Below are positions 40,630-50,958 of a stretch of 64,000 bases of DNA, in pieces. Made by a program: the position numbers and the translations under genes. The stretch is from an uncultured Candidatus Actinomarina sp. (GTDB lineage Bacteria > Actinomycetota > Acidimicrobiia > Actinomarinales > Actinomarinaceae): NCBI GenBank assembly GCA_902615855.1, contig CACMQN010000002.1, forward strand, positions 66,460-130,459. The letters run 5' to 3'. The first letter of the stretch is position 1, and each line of letters begins with the position of its first letter. The notes beneath the pieces are model-generated. The model saw only the letters and a program-made list of their open reading frames with translations, was not told where the DNA came from and made no database searches.

Positions 40630-41215
40630 ATCTAACTTTGTTTTAGTTGGACTTTGGAATCCTCAACCAAAATACATCAATACTCGACATAATATTGGTG
40701 CTGATATTCTCTTCTCTTATTGTCAAAAAAAGAATTTAGAATTTGAATTAGATAGTTTAGGAAATTTTCAGTCAACTAAATTTGAATTTGAAAATAAATC
40801 AGTAAATCTATTAATCCCTATGACCTCAATGAACAAATCAGGGCAAGGTTTAAAAGCTTTTCTAATGAGTACCGGAATAAAAGATTATGAATTAGTTGTA
40901 GTACACGATGATATTGATTTAGCATTTGGTAGATTTCGTATTAAAAAGGGAAGTTCAGACGGTGGTCATAATGGTATTAAGTCGATCGATTTATCTTTAG
41001 GTCATAACAATTATTGGAGGTTTAAAATTGGTCTTGGAAGACCACCCTCATCTTTAGATCCTGCAGAATTTGTTCTATCAAAGTTTAATAATGATGAGGA
41101 TGAAGAAGTTGAGTTTATAATTGAGGACAGCATGGAAATTATTGATACATTTTTAAAAAACTCAGAAAATGGAATAAAAAAAGCATCTGAGCGAAGAATA
41201 ATTGATGTGATTTAA
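40619..41215 (+). CDS. pth: Peptidyl-tRNA hydrolase
   Basis: VGLWNP..KY.NTRHNIG, VVHDDID, GGHNGIKS. GTG 40619 is the likely start. Confidence 0.92.
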   Translation: MENKSNFVLVGLWNPQPKYINTRHNIGADILFSYCQKKNLEFELDSLGNFQSTKFEFENKSVNLLIPMTSMNKSGQGLKAFLMSTGIKDYELVVVHDDIDLAFGRFRIKKGSSDGGHNGIKSIDLSLGHNNYWRFKIGLGRPPSSLDPAEFVLSKFNNDEDEEVEFIIEDSMEIIDTFLKNSENGIKKASERRIIDVI

Positions 41216-41763
41216 TGAAAAAATATATACCTGATTTACTAGCAATCTTTCGTATAGCTTCATCACCTCTAATTTTATTTCTTATTTTGGAAGATGGATC
41301 AAGCGAAGGTCTGATGTTATTACCTGCAATAATTGCTTTTATTGCTGCTTGGACAGACTTTTTTGATGGTAGGTTAGCTAGAAAATGGAATGTATCTTCA
41401 AAAGTTGGTGCATTTTTAGATACGATTGCAGATAAAATCTTCATAACATTTATTTTTGTTGGCTTTACATACATTGATAGAGTAAGTATTTGGGTGACAG
41501 TTCTTTTAATTGTTAGAGAGTTTGTGATTACTGGATTAAGAGGCCTTGCCGGAAATGATGGGATAATGATCCCACCAAGTAAATTTGGAAAAGCAAAAGC
41601 AAGTCTTCAATTTTGGGCTGTTGGTTTCGTAATGATGGACTTTCCTTTATCAATTTTAAGCTTGACCATTGCAGAATTATTTGTGATGCATGCTTTGATA
41701 TTCTCATATATTTCTGGCTACCAATATATTGTTTCGTACTTTAAATCTAAGAATGAAATATAA
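41215..41763 (+). CDS. pgsA: CDP-diacylglycerol--glycerol-3-phosphate phosphatidyltransferase
   Basis: TDFFDGRLARK...GAFLDTIADK CDP-alcohol motif. Confidence 0.9.
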   Translation: MKKYIPDLLAIFRIASSPLILFLILEDGSSEGLMLLPAIIAFIAAWTDFFDGRLARKWNVSSKVGAFLDTIADKIFITFIFVGFTYIDRVSIWVTVLLIVREFVITGLRGLAGNDGIMIPPSKFGKAKASLQFWAVGFVMMDFPLSILSLTIAELFVMHALIFSYISGYQYIVSYFKSKNEI

Positions 41764-42748
41764 AAATATATTCCTTACTGGCTCTACAGGAATTTTAGGA
41801 AAGCCATTATTAAGGAAGCTTGTAAATGAAGGGCATACTGTTTACGCATTATCTAGAAATAAAATACATCATGATTTTCTAAACTCCAATAAGGCAAAAA
41901 TCATAAATGGTGATTTAATTAGTGACGACATTTATGAACAACTTAAAGACAAGTCTATCGAAGCAATATTCCATGTTGCTGGTATTAATAAAAAATGTCA
42001 GAAAGATTCTTCAAGTATGTTTAGGACAAACATTGAAGGTACAAAACAAATGTTGGAATTAGGTAATAGATTAAGTATTGAAAAGTTTGTATACACTTCC
42101 TCTGCAACAACCCTTGGTGAGCAAAAGGGAACTATTGGAAATGAGGATTCAATACACAGAGGAACATTTTTATCTGAATATGAAGAATCAAAATATTTGG
42201 CAGAACAAGTCGCCTTCGCCTTTAGTAAAGAGTTTGAATTCGTGTCTATCAATCCGTCTTCTGTTCAAGGACCAGGAAGAAATTCTGGAACTGCAAAAAT
42301 TTTAATATCAACATTAAATAAAAAATTTCCTCCATTAATTAAAAGTACTATATCCGTTGTTGATATTGATGATTGTACAGAAGGACATTACCTAGGTTTA
42401 ATGAAGGGAAAGAATAATGAAAGATATGTACTTAATAGTTTTAGATTAGATATTGAGACACTAATTCAAAATCTAAAGTTGATTACAAATTGGGATGGTT
42501 CTCCAATATATATCTCAAAACAATTTCTTACTGGATTAGGTCCACTTTTTGATATTTTTGGAAAATTCACTTCCCTAGGGGGAGTTATATGTGGAGAAAC
42601 AATTAGAGTTCTCACCCATGGACATTTATATGATGGTCAGAAAGCTAAAAGAGAACTTGGTTTGAGCTACACCTCAATTGAAGATTTTATTTCCAAAACT
42701 ATTTCTTGGTTAAACACTGAAAAATTAACAAAATTAGATATCAATTAA
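41753..42748 (+). CDS. NAD-dependent epimerase/dehydratase (dihydroflavonol reductase-like)
   Basis: TGSTGILG, FHVAG, YEESK, NPSSVQGPG. Confidence 0.85.
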   Translation: MKYKNIFLTGSTGILGKPLLRKLVNEGHTVYALSRNKIHHDFLNSNKAKIINGDLISDDIYEQLKDKSIEAIFHVAGINKKCQKDSSSMFRTNIEGTKQMLELGNRLSIEKFVYTSSATTLGEQKGTIGNEDSIHRGTFLSEYEESKYLAEQVAFAFSKEFEFVSINPSSVQGPGRNSGTAKILISTLNKKFPPLIKSTISVVDIDDCTEGHYLGLMKGKNNERYVLNSFRLDIETLIQNLKLITNWDGSPIYISKQFLTGLGPLFDIFGKFTSLGGVICGETIRVLTHGHLYDGQKAKRELGLSYTSIEDFISKTISWLNTEKLTKLDIN

Positions 42749-42749
42749 T

Positions 42750-43490
42750 ATGAACGATTTCAATAATCTGCTTGATATAGTTTCACAATTAAGAAAAGAA
42801 TGTCCATGGGACAAAGAGCAAACACATGAAAGCTTGGCAAAGCATCTGATTGAGGAATCATACGAATTGTTAGATACCTTAACTAATTTAAATGATTCAA
42901 CTGAATCACTTAATAACTTTAAAGATGAGTTAGGAGATCTTTTACTCCAAATACTTTTACATTCAGAAATTGCCTCTGAAAATAATTATTTTTCGATAAT
43001 TGAAGTGATAAATTCTTTACAAAAAAAATTAATACAACGTCACCCCCATGTTTTTGACAAAAAAAACTTGAATTCATCTGATGAAGTTGAAAAACAATGG
43101 GAGGAAATTAAAAAAGAAGGTAATGATTCTATATTTGATGATATCAATACGAAACTTCCTCCATTAAATACAGCATTTAAAGTACAACGAAAAGCAAAGA
43201 CCCTTAATTTAAGCTACAAAAATTATGATGAGGCTTTGGATGATTTGATTTCCGAAATAAATGAACTTAAAGAAGCAACAACCTTAGAAGATAGAAAGTC
43301 AGAACTTGGCGATGTATATTTTTCACTAATTAATGTTTCTAGATATTTAGAGGCTGATCCTGAAATTGAGTTAAAAAAATCTATTCAAACTTTTATAAAC
43401 AGGGCAAAATATGTTGAAAAACATATGCATAAAGAAACAGATATTAGTGCTCTTTGGCAAGAAGCTAAGAAAAATCAAATAGATTCGTAA
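42750..43490 (+). CDS. mazG: Nucleoside triphosphate pyrophosphohydrolase MazG
   Basis: CPWDKEQT, EESYE, ELGDLLLQ, RHPHVF. Confidence 0.93.
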   Translation: MNDFNNLLDIVSQLRKECPWDKEQTHESLAKHLIEESYELLDTLTNLNDSTESLNNFKDELGDLLLQILLHSEIASENNYFSIIEVINSLQKKLIQRHPHVFDKKNLNSSDEVEKQWEEIKKEGNDSIFDDINTKLPPLNTAFKVQRKAKTLNLSYKNYDEALDDLISEINELKEATTLEDRKSELGDVYFSLINVSRYLEADPEIELKKSIQTFINRAKYVEKHMHKETDISALWQEAKKNQIDS

Positions 43491-43527
43491 AGATTATTTT
43501 TTCTGTTAGATTTTAAATAACAGGGTT

Positions 43528-44802
43528 ATGAATAAAAAAATTAAAGACATCAATGCTCGCTTTATATTAGATTCAAGAGCAAACCCAACTATTGAAGTTG
43601 AAGTAACGACAGGTGACAATACTAAAGGCCGTGCTGCAGTTCCATCTGGAGCTTCAACTGGAGCGCTTGAGGCTCATGAGTTGAGAGATAGCGATTCATC
43701 TTTTAATGGTATGGGAGTAAATAAAGCTATTGAAAATGTTAAATCAACAATTTCAGATTCTTTAATAGGTATGGATGTAACTGATCAAAGAAGTATTGAT
43801 AGTAAATTAATCGAATTAGATGGAACTGATAACAAAAATAATCTTGGTGCAAATTCAATCCTAGCTGTGTCTATGGCATCAATGAGAGCAAGTGCTAATC
43901 AACAAAACAAACAACTTTTTGAACTATTTCCAAATATTTATGGTCAACCATCTTTACCTATTCCTTTTATGAATATTCTTAATGGAGGTGCACACGCTGA
44001 CAACTCTGTTGATATTCAAGAGTTTATGATTGTTCCATTTGGCTTTGAAACTTTTGATACCGCCTTGAGAGCAGGTGTCGAGATATATCATGTACTTAAA
44101 AAAAGACTTAAATCAAACAAGCTTTCAACCAATGTTGGTGATGAGGGAGGGTTTGCTCCAAACTTTAATTCTTCAACAGAGATCCTAGACGAAATTATGC
44201 AATCCATTTCTGAAGCTGGATACGACCCAGGTGTAAATGTCTCGTTAGCTCTAGATGTAGCTGCTTCGGAATTTTTTAAAGATGGCTTTTATGAGATTGA
44301 GGGTAATAAACTCAATAGGCAAGAAATGGCAGATTATTTGATTAATTTAACAACAAATTATCCGATTATATCAATTGAAGATGGACTGGCAGAGGATGAT
44401 TGGAATGGATGGAAATATCTAACAGAAAAAGTAGGAGACACAACCCAGCTTGTTGGTGACGACTTATTTGTAACTCAAGAAAAAATATTACAGAAAGGAG
44501 TCGAAGAAAATTGTGCAAATTCAATTTTAGTTAAGGTAAATCAAGTTGGTAGCGTAAGTGAAACTATAAAAACGATGACACTCGCCAAAGAAAGCCACTA
44601 TACCTCACTCGTATCCCATAGATCAGGTGAGACAGAAGATACATTTATAAGTCATTTATGTGTGGGTACCTCAAGTGGACAAATAAAAACAGGAGCACCT
44701 GCAAGATCAGAAAGAACAGCAAAGTACAATGAGCTACTCCGGATTGGAGAAAAAATAGGTTTTGAACAATTTAATATTCAAAGCTTTGGGCGTACTCAAT
44801 GA
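43528..44802 (+). CDS. eno: Enolase
   Basis: DSRANPT, VPSGASTG, VGDEGGFAP, SHRSGETED. Confidence 0.97.
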   Translation: MNKKIKDINARFILDSRANPTIEVEVTTGDNTKGRAAVPSGASTGALEAHELRDSDSSFNGMGVNKAIENVKSTISDSLIGMDVTDQRSIDSKLIELDGTDNKNNLGANSILAVSMASMRASANQQNKQLFELFPNIYGQPSLPIPFMNILNGGAHADNSVDIQEFMIVPFGFETFDTALRAGVEIYHVLKKRLKSNKLSTNVGDEGGFAPNFNSSTEILDEIMQSISEAGYDPGVNVSLALDVAASEFFKDGFYEIEGNKLNRQEMADYLINLTTNYPIISIEDGLAEDDWNGWKYLTEKVGDTTQLVGDDLFVTQEKILQKGVEENCANSILVKVNQVGSVSETIKTMTLAKESHYTSLVSHRSGETEDTFISHLCVGTSSGQIKTGAPARSERTAKYNELLRIGEKIGFEQFNIQSFGRTQ

Positions 44803-45176
44803 TCAGGCAAAATTTATTTTCAAAAATAATGTTTTTAATCACTTCGTTTATTTTTGTATTCTTTATTTTTGATACATGGGAGTTAAGTTTAAGAGATTAT
44901 CAATCACTACAATCACAGCTTGAAGCAAGACAAGAACACGCAAATGATTTAAGAAATGAAATTACTTTTATTCAACAAAAAATCGATGATCTTGAAGATC
45001 CAGAGAAGTTAGATGTTATATTGCGACAACATGGATACGGCCTTCCAGGAGAGGATATATATATATTTAAAGTGCCAGAACCTGTGACACCTTTGGAAGA
45101 AACTCTTCAAAAAGAAAGATCTAAGGGCCTTTTAGAATATGTGGTGGAGTTTATTGTCGGAACAAATAGTGACTAG
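44799..45176 (+). CDS. Septum formation initiator (FtsB/DivIC-like)
   Basis: TM helix plus coiled coil plus GYGLPGE; typical position after eno. Confidence 0.75.
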   Translation: MIRQNLFSKIMFLITSFIFVFFIFDTWELSLRDYQSLQSQLEARQEHANDLRNEITFIQQKIDDLEDPEKLDVILRQHGYGLPGEDIYIFKVPEPVTPLEETLQKERSKGLLEYVVEFIVGTNSD

Positions 45177-45684
45177 TGAAAAACAAATTGTTGAAATACA
45201 ACTAAATAGAAATTTAAGAAGTGAAATTAAAGTAGCTGTCAAGTGTCATTTTGATCTTCCCATCGTAGTTGATGTCCCAAAAAACCTTGATGATGGAACG
45301 CCATTTCCAACTATGTTTTGGCTCACATGCCCAATGTATATAAAAAAAGTTAGTACTTTAGAGTCTCACGGAATGGTCAAAGAGTTGGACAACCAACTTA
45401 ATAGCAATAAGAAGCTCAGAAAATTGTGGTCAAAGAGACAAAAAAGTTATGAAAATGAAAGAAATAGAAAGTATCAAAGTGTAAAAAACACAGTATCTCC
45501 AATTGGAGGTGTTGGAGGTACTGTAAATTCTATAAAATGTTTACATTCTCATTTAGCAGACGAATTAGTAACCGGAAAAAATATTGTAGGACAAATAGTT
45601 TTAGAGAATGTTGGAGGTTGCAATTGTAAAGAACCTTGTGTGTTTGAGGGAAGTAAGAATGATAACTGGCGATCTGAATGGTAG
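45169..45684 (+). CDS. DUF501 family protein
   Basis: DGTPFPTMFWLTCP, GVGG, KCLHSHLA; eno-ftsB-DUF501-ppx synteny. Start uncertain. Confidence 0.88.
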   Translation: MTSEKQIVEIQLNRNLRSEIKVAVKCHFDLPIVVDVPKNLDDGTPFPTMFWLTCPMYIKKVSTLESHGMVKELDNQLNSNKKLRKLWSKRQKSYENERNRKYQSVKNTVSPIGGVGGTVNSIKCLHSHLADELVTGKNIVGQIVLENVGGCNCKEPCVFEGSKNDNWRSEW

Positions 45685-46574
45685 AAATTGGTGCAATTGA
45701 CTGTGGTTCAAATTCAACAAGATTGCTCATATCTACAGTTGAAAATGGAAAGTTAGACAATCTACATAAAGAGCATCATGTTACGAGATTGAGTGACAAC
45801 ATTGATAGAACAGGTACGATTTCAAACGATTCAAAAAAAAGATTTTTTAAAGTACTTAGAAAATATATAAGAAAAATTGAAGAATATAAAGTACAACAAG
45901 TTTTTTGTATCGGAACTGCAGTATTTAGAAATTCTAAGAATTCGGATGATGTTATAGATGAGGTAAAAAAAAGGTTTAATTTAGAAATTAAGATGATTTC
46001 TGGAGAAGAGGAAGGGTTACTCACAACTTTAGGAGTACAGTCATCTTTTGAAAATTTAGAAAATTATTTGATAGTAGATATTGGAGGCCAAAGTACAGAA
46101 CTTATTACAGATATTGATCATAAGTTAGATATTCAATCTGAGAATATTGGAGTCGTATCGATGAGTGAAAATTACTTTAATGAAAATCCTATCAATATTG
46201 ACAAAGAGGAAACTGCAACAAATTTTTTAAATGATATTTTTCATTATAAAGATTATGGACATAGACAGTTAATTGGTGTCTCTGGAACTTTTACATCTCT
46301 TGGTTCTATATATTTAAATCAAAAAATTTATGATGAAAATGAGATTGATAAAATAATAATTTCTTATGACTCTGTTGAGAATATATATGAAAAATTAAAA
46401 ACATTGTCAGTACCACAAATAATAAGTACATATCCAAGTCTTGATCCAAAAAGAGCAGTGACTATAACTTCTGGATTATTTCTAGTAAAAAACTTGTTAA
46501 AAAAATATAAAATTACCCAACTAAAAGTTTCAAAAAGTGATATTTTAGAAGGGCTTATTCTAAAATATTTTTAG
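45678..46574 (+). CDS. ppx: Exopolyphosphatase Ppx/GppA family
   Basis: AIDCGSNSTRL, ISGEEEG, DIGGQSTE. Confidence 0.9.
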   Translation: MVEIGAIDCGSNSTRLLISTVENGKLDNLHKEHHVTRLSDNIDRTGTISNDSKKRFFKVLRKYIRKIEEYKVQQVFCIGTAVFRNSKNSDDVIDEVKKRFNLEIKMISGEEEGLLTTLGVQSSFENLENYLIVDIGGQSTELITDIDHKLDIQSENIGVVSMSENYFNENPINIDKEETATNFLNDIFHYKDYGHRQLIGVSGTFTSLGSIYLNQKIYDENEIDKIIISYDSVENIYEKLKTLSVPQIISTYPSLDPKRAVTITSGLFLVKNLLKKYKITQLKVSKSDILEGLILKYF

Positions 46575-46581
46575 TTTGGCT

Positions 46582-46665
46582 GCCCGGGTGGCGGAATTGG
46601 TAGACGCGACGGACTTAAAATCCGTTATTCGAAAGGATGTGGGGGTTCGAGTCCCCCCTCGGGCA
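46582..46665 (+). tRNA. tRNA-Leu(TAA)
   Basis: GCCCGGGTGGCGGAATTGGTAGACGCG-ACGGA-CTTAAAA-TCCGT, long variable arm, GGTTCGAGTCC, TCGGGC-A; CCA not encoded. Confidence 0.95.
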
Positions 46666-46817
46666 CTTTTTATACATAATATGAATAAAAAAATCAACTT
46701 AAATTAAAAAAGTTTCGACTTAATAATAGAATTTTTGGATAAATTAAATATTCTAAATATTGGCTAAAAGTTATCCTAATTTTTAGCATACGTACGTATA
46801 AATAAGGGAGATAAATA

Positions 46818-48137
46818 ATGAGAAAGTCTATTTTTGGACTGTCTCTTCTTGCCTTAGCTTTAATCGCTGCAGCTTGTGGTGGAGGAAGCTTAGAGGGAGA
46901 AGAGGTTCTTGTATTTGGTGCCCCAGCAACTGACGGACCTGACGGAAAAGCTATTCAGGAAGTCTTCGATGATTTCACCGAAGAAACTGGAATTATAGCT
47001 ACTTACGTTGGATCAGAGAACTTCGAATCAGAAGTTCAAGTTCAACTTGAATCAGGAGATGTTCCTGACATTATCTACTGGCCTCAGCCAGGTGGTGTAG
47101 TTGATGCAGCTGAAAGAGGATTACTTACTCCTCTTACAGATTTAGGCATTGACTTAGATGAATATGAAGCACGTTACTCACCATATCTTGTGAGTCTAGG
47201 TACAGTTGACGGAGTTGCTTATGGAGGCGCTAACGCAGTTAACCTTAAGAGTATTGTTTGGTATCAACCAGCAGAATTTGAAAAAAGAGGATATGAAATT
47301 CCAGAGACATGGGATGAAATGATAGCTCTTGCAGATCAAATTGTTGCTGAAGGTATGAATCCATTCTGTTTTGGAATGTATTCAAACGGTGCTACAGGTT
47401 GGCTCGCAACTGACTGGATGGAAGATGTAATGCTTCGAACTGGTGGTGGAACTACAACATATGATCAATGGGTAAATCATGAAATACCATTTAATGATCC
47501 AGCTGTTAAGCTCGCCGCTGAGTACTTGAGTCAGATTATGCATACACCTGACTACGTTGTTGGTGGAGTAGATGCAATTGTTTCTACAGCCTTCGGAAGC
47601 GCACAGGACCCAATGTTTGAAAAAGATGCAAATGGCAACCCAGGTTGCTTTATGCATAGACAAGCTTCATTCATTGTTGGTTACTGGCCTGAAGCCGCAC
47701 AACCAGGAGCAGGAACAGAAACTACTGTATTCCCGTTCCCAGTAATAGATCCAAGCCTTCCAAAAGCTGCGCTTGGTGGTGGTGACATGTTCGCCGCTAC
47801 AAATGATAGAGAAGCAACCGCTGCTCTCTTTCAATATCTATTACTTGATGATGAAGCATGGACACCTGTTGCAACAAACAGGAATGGACATGGATCAACA
47901 CGTATCACCGCAAACGTAAATTTCGATACTTCATTGTATGAACTAGAAATTACACGTGTTTTAGGTGCTACAATTAACGCTGCCTTAAGTGAAAATGCAT
48001 TCAGATTTGATGCATCAGACTTAATGCCAGTTGAAGTTGGTCAAGGTACTTTCTGGTCAGAAATGACAGAATTAGCAACTAATGGTCCAGGTTATATTGA
48101 TACTGCATTAAGCAATATCGAAAATTCTTGGCCGTAA
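46818..48137 (+). CDS. Sugar ABC transporter substrate-binding lipoprotein (alpha-glucoside AglE-like)
   Basis: AAAC lipobox, WPQPG, KSIVWY, GWLATDWMED, HRQASF, RFDASDLMP. Confidence 0.88.
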   Translation: MRKSIFGLSLLALALIAAACGGGSLEGEEVLVFGAPATDGPDGKAIQEVFDDFTEETGIIATYVGSENFESEVQVQLESGDVPDIIYWPQPGGVVDAAERGLLTPLTDLGIDLDEYEARYSPYLVSLGTVDGVAYGGANAVNLKSIVWYQPAEFEKRGYEIPETWDEMIALADQIVAEGMNPFCFGMYSNGATGWLATDWMEDVMLRTGGGTTTYDQWVNHEIPFNDPAVKLAAEYLSQIMHTPDYVVGGVDAIVSTAFGSAQDPMFEKDANGNPGCFMHRQASFIVGYWPEAAQPGAGTETTVFPFPVIDPSLPKAALGGGDMFAATNDREATAALFQYLLLDDEAWTPVATNRNGHGSTRITANVNFDTSLYELEITRVLGATINAALSENAFRFDASDLMPVEVGQGTFWSEMTELATNGPGYIDTALSNIENSWP

Positions 48138-48157
48138 ACCAAATTAAAAATTAAGAT

Positions 48158-48188
48158 TATAGCCACCTTAAAGGTGGCTATACTCTTT
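48158..48188 (+). terminator. Stem-loop after the binding-protein gene (terminator or mRNA stabiliser)
   Basis: tatagccacctt-a-aaggtggctata followed by ctcttt. Confidence 0.7.
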
Positions 48189-48242
48189 GAAGCGAAAAAA
48201 TAATCCGTTTAAAATGGTAAGAAATACTTTGAGGGGTTAAAT

Positions 48243-49475
48243 ATTAAAGACAACAAACTTTTTAACGTTGGGATAAGAGTAATTTCTCTAGGAGTATTTC
48301 CACTTTTTTGGTTTTTATCTCAAGCAATTTTATTTAGAGAACTTAGTAGAACTTTACCAAGACCTGTTCTTGTAATACTTGCAATTATTATTGGCTCAAC
48401 TTTCATATTCTTGCTTTACTTGGGAATGAATAAATTGATTAATTTTGCACCTGAGCGATATCATGAAGGACTTTATGGTGCAATGTTTGTTGGGCCGGCA
48501 ATATTTCTTCTTGGATTATTTTTACTATATCCAGCAATCAGAACTATTTATTTAAGCTTCTTTGATAAAAGAGGCAACAATTTTATTGGATTAGAAAATT
48601 ATGTATGGTCTTTTTCAGATCGATTAATGTTAATTACAATTCGCAATCAAATAATCTGGCTTGTTGGTGTTGTTACCTTAGTAATTTTGTTTGGATTAGT
48701 TGTGGGATACATTTCTGATAGATTAAAAAGAGGAGAAGCTTTCTTTAAATCAGTAATATTTATGCCTATGGCTATATCTGCAGTTGGTTCAAGTGCTATA
48801 TTTAAATTCATTTATGAGTACCGGCCGCCACCTTTAACACAAATAGGTCTTATTAACGGTATAAGAGTAGGTATTGGTAACGATGTAAATGGAAATGAAT
48901 GTGGAAACAATGTAATTTTAAACGATGGTTCAAAGTTAGATTATGTTAACGATGGTTGCTTAAGGCCAATTGGCTGGATACAACAAAGAGACTTGACTAA
49001 CCTGCCATCTTTTGAAAATATATCTAGTGGAGACTTCTTTTTAAATTTATTTGTTAACTTTCCTATCAACACCGTACTTTTAATGCTTGTAATGGTTTGG
49101 ATGTTTACAGGATTTGCGATGGTAGTTTTCTCTGCAGCAATAAAAGCTATTCCTACTGAAATTACTGAAGCTGGACAAATAGATGGGGCATCAGAAGGAA
49201 AAATATTTATGTCTATAGTCATCCCATACCTTAAAACAACTATTTTGGTCGTTGCTACTTACATGACAGTTTCAGTTCTAAAAGCTTTTGATATTATATA
49301 TGTAACTACGAGAGGTGATTTCGAAACTAACTTATTAGCAGTTAAGATGTTAGACGAATTTGCAAAATTTCTTAACCAAGGTAGATCAGCTGCAGTAGCA
49401 GTAATAATTTTTATAAGCGTCATACCAATTATTATTTTGAATCTAATAAGAAACAGGAGTGAGGCTAAATCATGA
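48243..49475 (+). CDS. Sugar ABC transporter permease; 5' end probably upstream of the first canonical start (48411)
   Basis: FVGPA...YPAIRT, FMPMAIS, EAGQIDGA EAA loop. Frame is open from 48213 and encodes two extra hydrophobic helices; ATT 48243 is a tentative start. Confidence 0.85.
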   Translation: MKDNKLFNVGIRVISLGVFPLFWFLSQAILFRELSRTLPRPVLVILAIIIGSTFIFLLYLGMNKLINFAPERYHEGLYGAMFVGPAIFLLGLFLLYPAIRTIYLSFFDKRGNNFIGLENYVWSFSDRLMLITIRNQIIWLVGVVTLVILFGLVVGYISDRLKRGEAFFKSVIFMPMAISAVGSSAIFKFIYEYRPPPLTQIGLINGIRVGIGNDVNGNECGNNVILNDGSKLDYVNDGCLRPIGWIQQRDLTNLPSFENISSGDFFLNLFVNFPINTVLLMLVMVWMFTGFAMVVFSAAIKAIPTEITEAGQIDGASEGKIFMSIVIPYLKTTILVVATYMTVSVLKAFDIIYVTTRGDFETNLLAVKMLDEFAKFLNQGRSAAVAVIIFISVIPIIILNLIRNRSEAKS

Positions 49476-50371
49476 ATTCACAAGTACAAAAATGGTATGA
49501 TAAACCAATTTCAAAAATAATTCTTGTAACCATAGCGTTAACCTGGGTGCTACCTTATTTCGGATTTGTACTTAGTTCATTTAGACCTGGTGACTCAATA
49601 AAAAGAACTTCATGGTGGAATTCTGTAGTCACAGGAGATTTTATCAGAGAATTTACTTTTGAAAATTATACGGAAATACTTTTTGCAGAAAATTTGAGTA
49701 GGTCATTTTTTAATTCATTTGCAGTTACTATTCCTTCTACAATTATTCCAATTACTATTGCAGCATTTGCAGCATATGCATTTGCTTTTATCGATTTTAA
49801 GGGAAAAGATATAGCTTTTTTATTTGTAGTTGCAATGATGATTGTTCCTCTTCAAATGTCGTTAATACCATTAATTAAGTTATTTAGTAAAGGTGCAGTA
49901 CTATTTGGCGTCACTGTAATTCCTGAACTGAGTATTAACGGAACTTTCGTTGCAGTTTGGTTCGCTCATACGGGTTTTGGATTACCGTTAGCGACATTTT
50001 TATTGAGAGATTTTATGATGGGACTACCAAAAAGTGTGATTGAATCCGCAAAAATCGACGGTGCATCTCATCTAACTACTTTTTTTCGATTAGCGTTACC
50101 TTTGTCAGTTGCTGGTATTGCAGCTTTTGCAACTTTTCAGTTTTTATGGGTTTATAATGATTTCCTTGTAGCGAATGTGTTTTTAGGTATTCGACCTCAA
50201 AATATGGTTGTCACATCACATGTAGCACAATTGGCAGTTGGAGCTTACGGTGAAGCATGGCATTTAAGAACATCGGGTGCCGTAATTTCTATGATTGTAC
50301 CTTTAATTGTATTTTTTAGCTTGCAAAGATTTTTTATTCGAGGACTTATTGGAGGAGCAGTAAAGGGTTGA
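49472..50371 (+). CDS. Sugar ABC transporter permease
   Basis: SSFRP, AAYAF, HTGFGLP, ESAKIDGA, RGLIGGAVKG. Confidence 0.92.
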   Translation: MNSQVQKWYDKPISKIILVTIALTWVLPYFGFVLSSFRPGDSIKRTSWWNSVVTGDFIREFTFENYTEILFAENLSRSFFNSFAVTIPSTIIPITIAAFAAYAFAFIDFKGKDIAFLFVVAMMIVPLQMSLIPLIKLFSKGAVLFGVTVIPELSINGTFVAVWFAHTGFGLPLATFLLRDFMMGLPKSVIESAKIDGASHLTTFFRLALPLSVAGIAAFATFQFLWVYNDFLVANVFLGIRPQNMVVTSHVAQLAVGAYGEAWHLRTSGAVISMIVPLIVFFSLQRFFIRGLIGGAVKG

Positions 50372-50958
50372 AACCCATAAAAATTACATTATTGATTTTT
50401 GTATTTTCATTTTGCTCACTCATTCAAACCTATAATTACGAATTCAACATCGAAGATGACCCTAATATTTTTGATGGAAGATTATTAATTAATACAACTG
50501 AAAGCTCTTTCTCTAATGACACAATAAATTTAGACATTCAACTATTTCCAAATAGTCCTGATGTAATTGAGTATTATATTTTAACTTTTGATATGAAGTT
50601 TAGAGAAGACTATGAGAGTGATTTTGATGGAGTTTGCATTGGTCCAACTTGGGAGAGAAATAAACCTGGTGAGTTAAAAATAATATTAACTAAAGAGAAT
50701 AATTTTAAGTCAAGAATTGATGGGGACCTTCAAGAAGAGTCACTAAGAGATGGATGTAATAACTACATATATTATTTAAGATATTTTGAAGCAGTTCTGT
50801 CGAATGATAAGAAAATATTATATGGGGTAGCAACAGATTATGCAGAACTTTATCCAGATGCACCTAATTACTGGTTGCTAAATAAAAATAATGAAATTGA
50901 AAAAATTGGGTCTACTAACATAAAAAAATATAGTTTAAATTTTGAGTTGAGCAAATAA
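50368..50958 (+). CDS. Hypothetical exported protein or lipoprotein
   Basis: Signal-like N-terminus ending FSFC; coupled within the sugar operon. Confidence 0.6.
   Translation: MKPIKITLLIFVFSFCSLIQTYNYEFNIEDDPNIFDGRLLINTTESSFSNDTINLDIQLFPNSPDVIEYYILTFDMKFREDYESDFDGVCIGPTWERNKPGELKIILTKENNFKSRIDGDLQEESLRDGCNNYIYYLRYFEAVLSNDKKILYGVATDYAELYPDAPNYWLLNKNNEIEKIGSTNIKKYSLNFELSK

Noticed and set aside
46582-46817. tRNA-Leu as the integration site of an island
   Set aside because: No integrase and no duplicated tRNA 3' end seen downstream.
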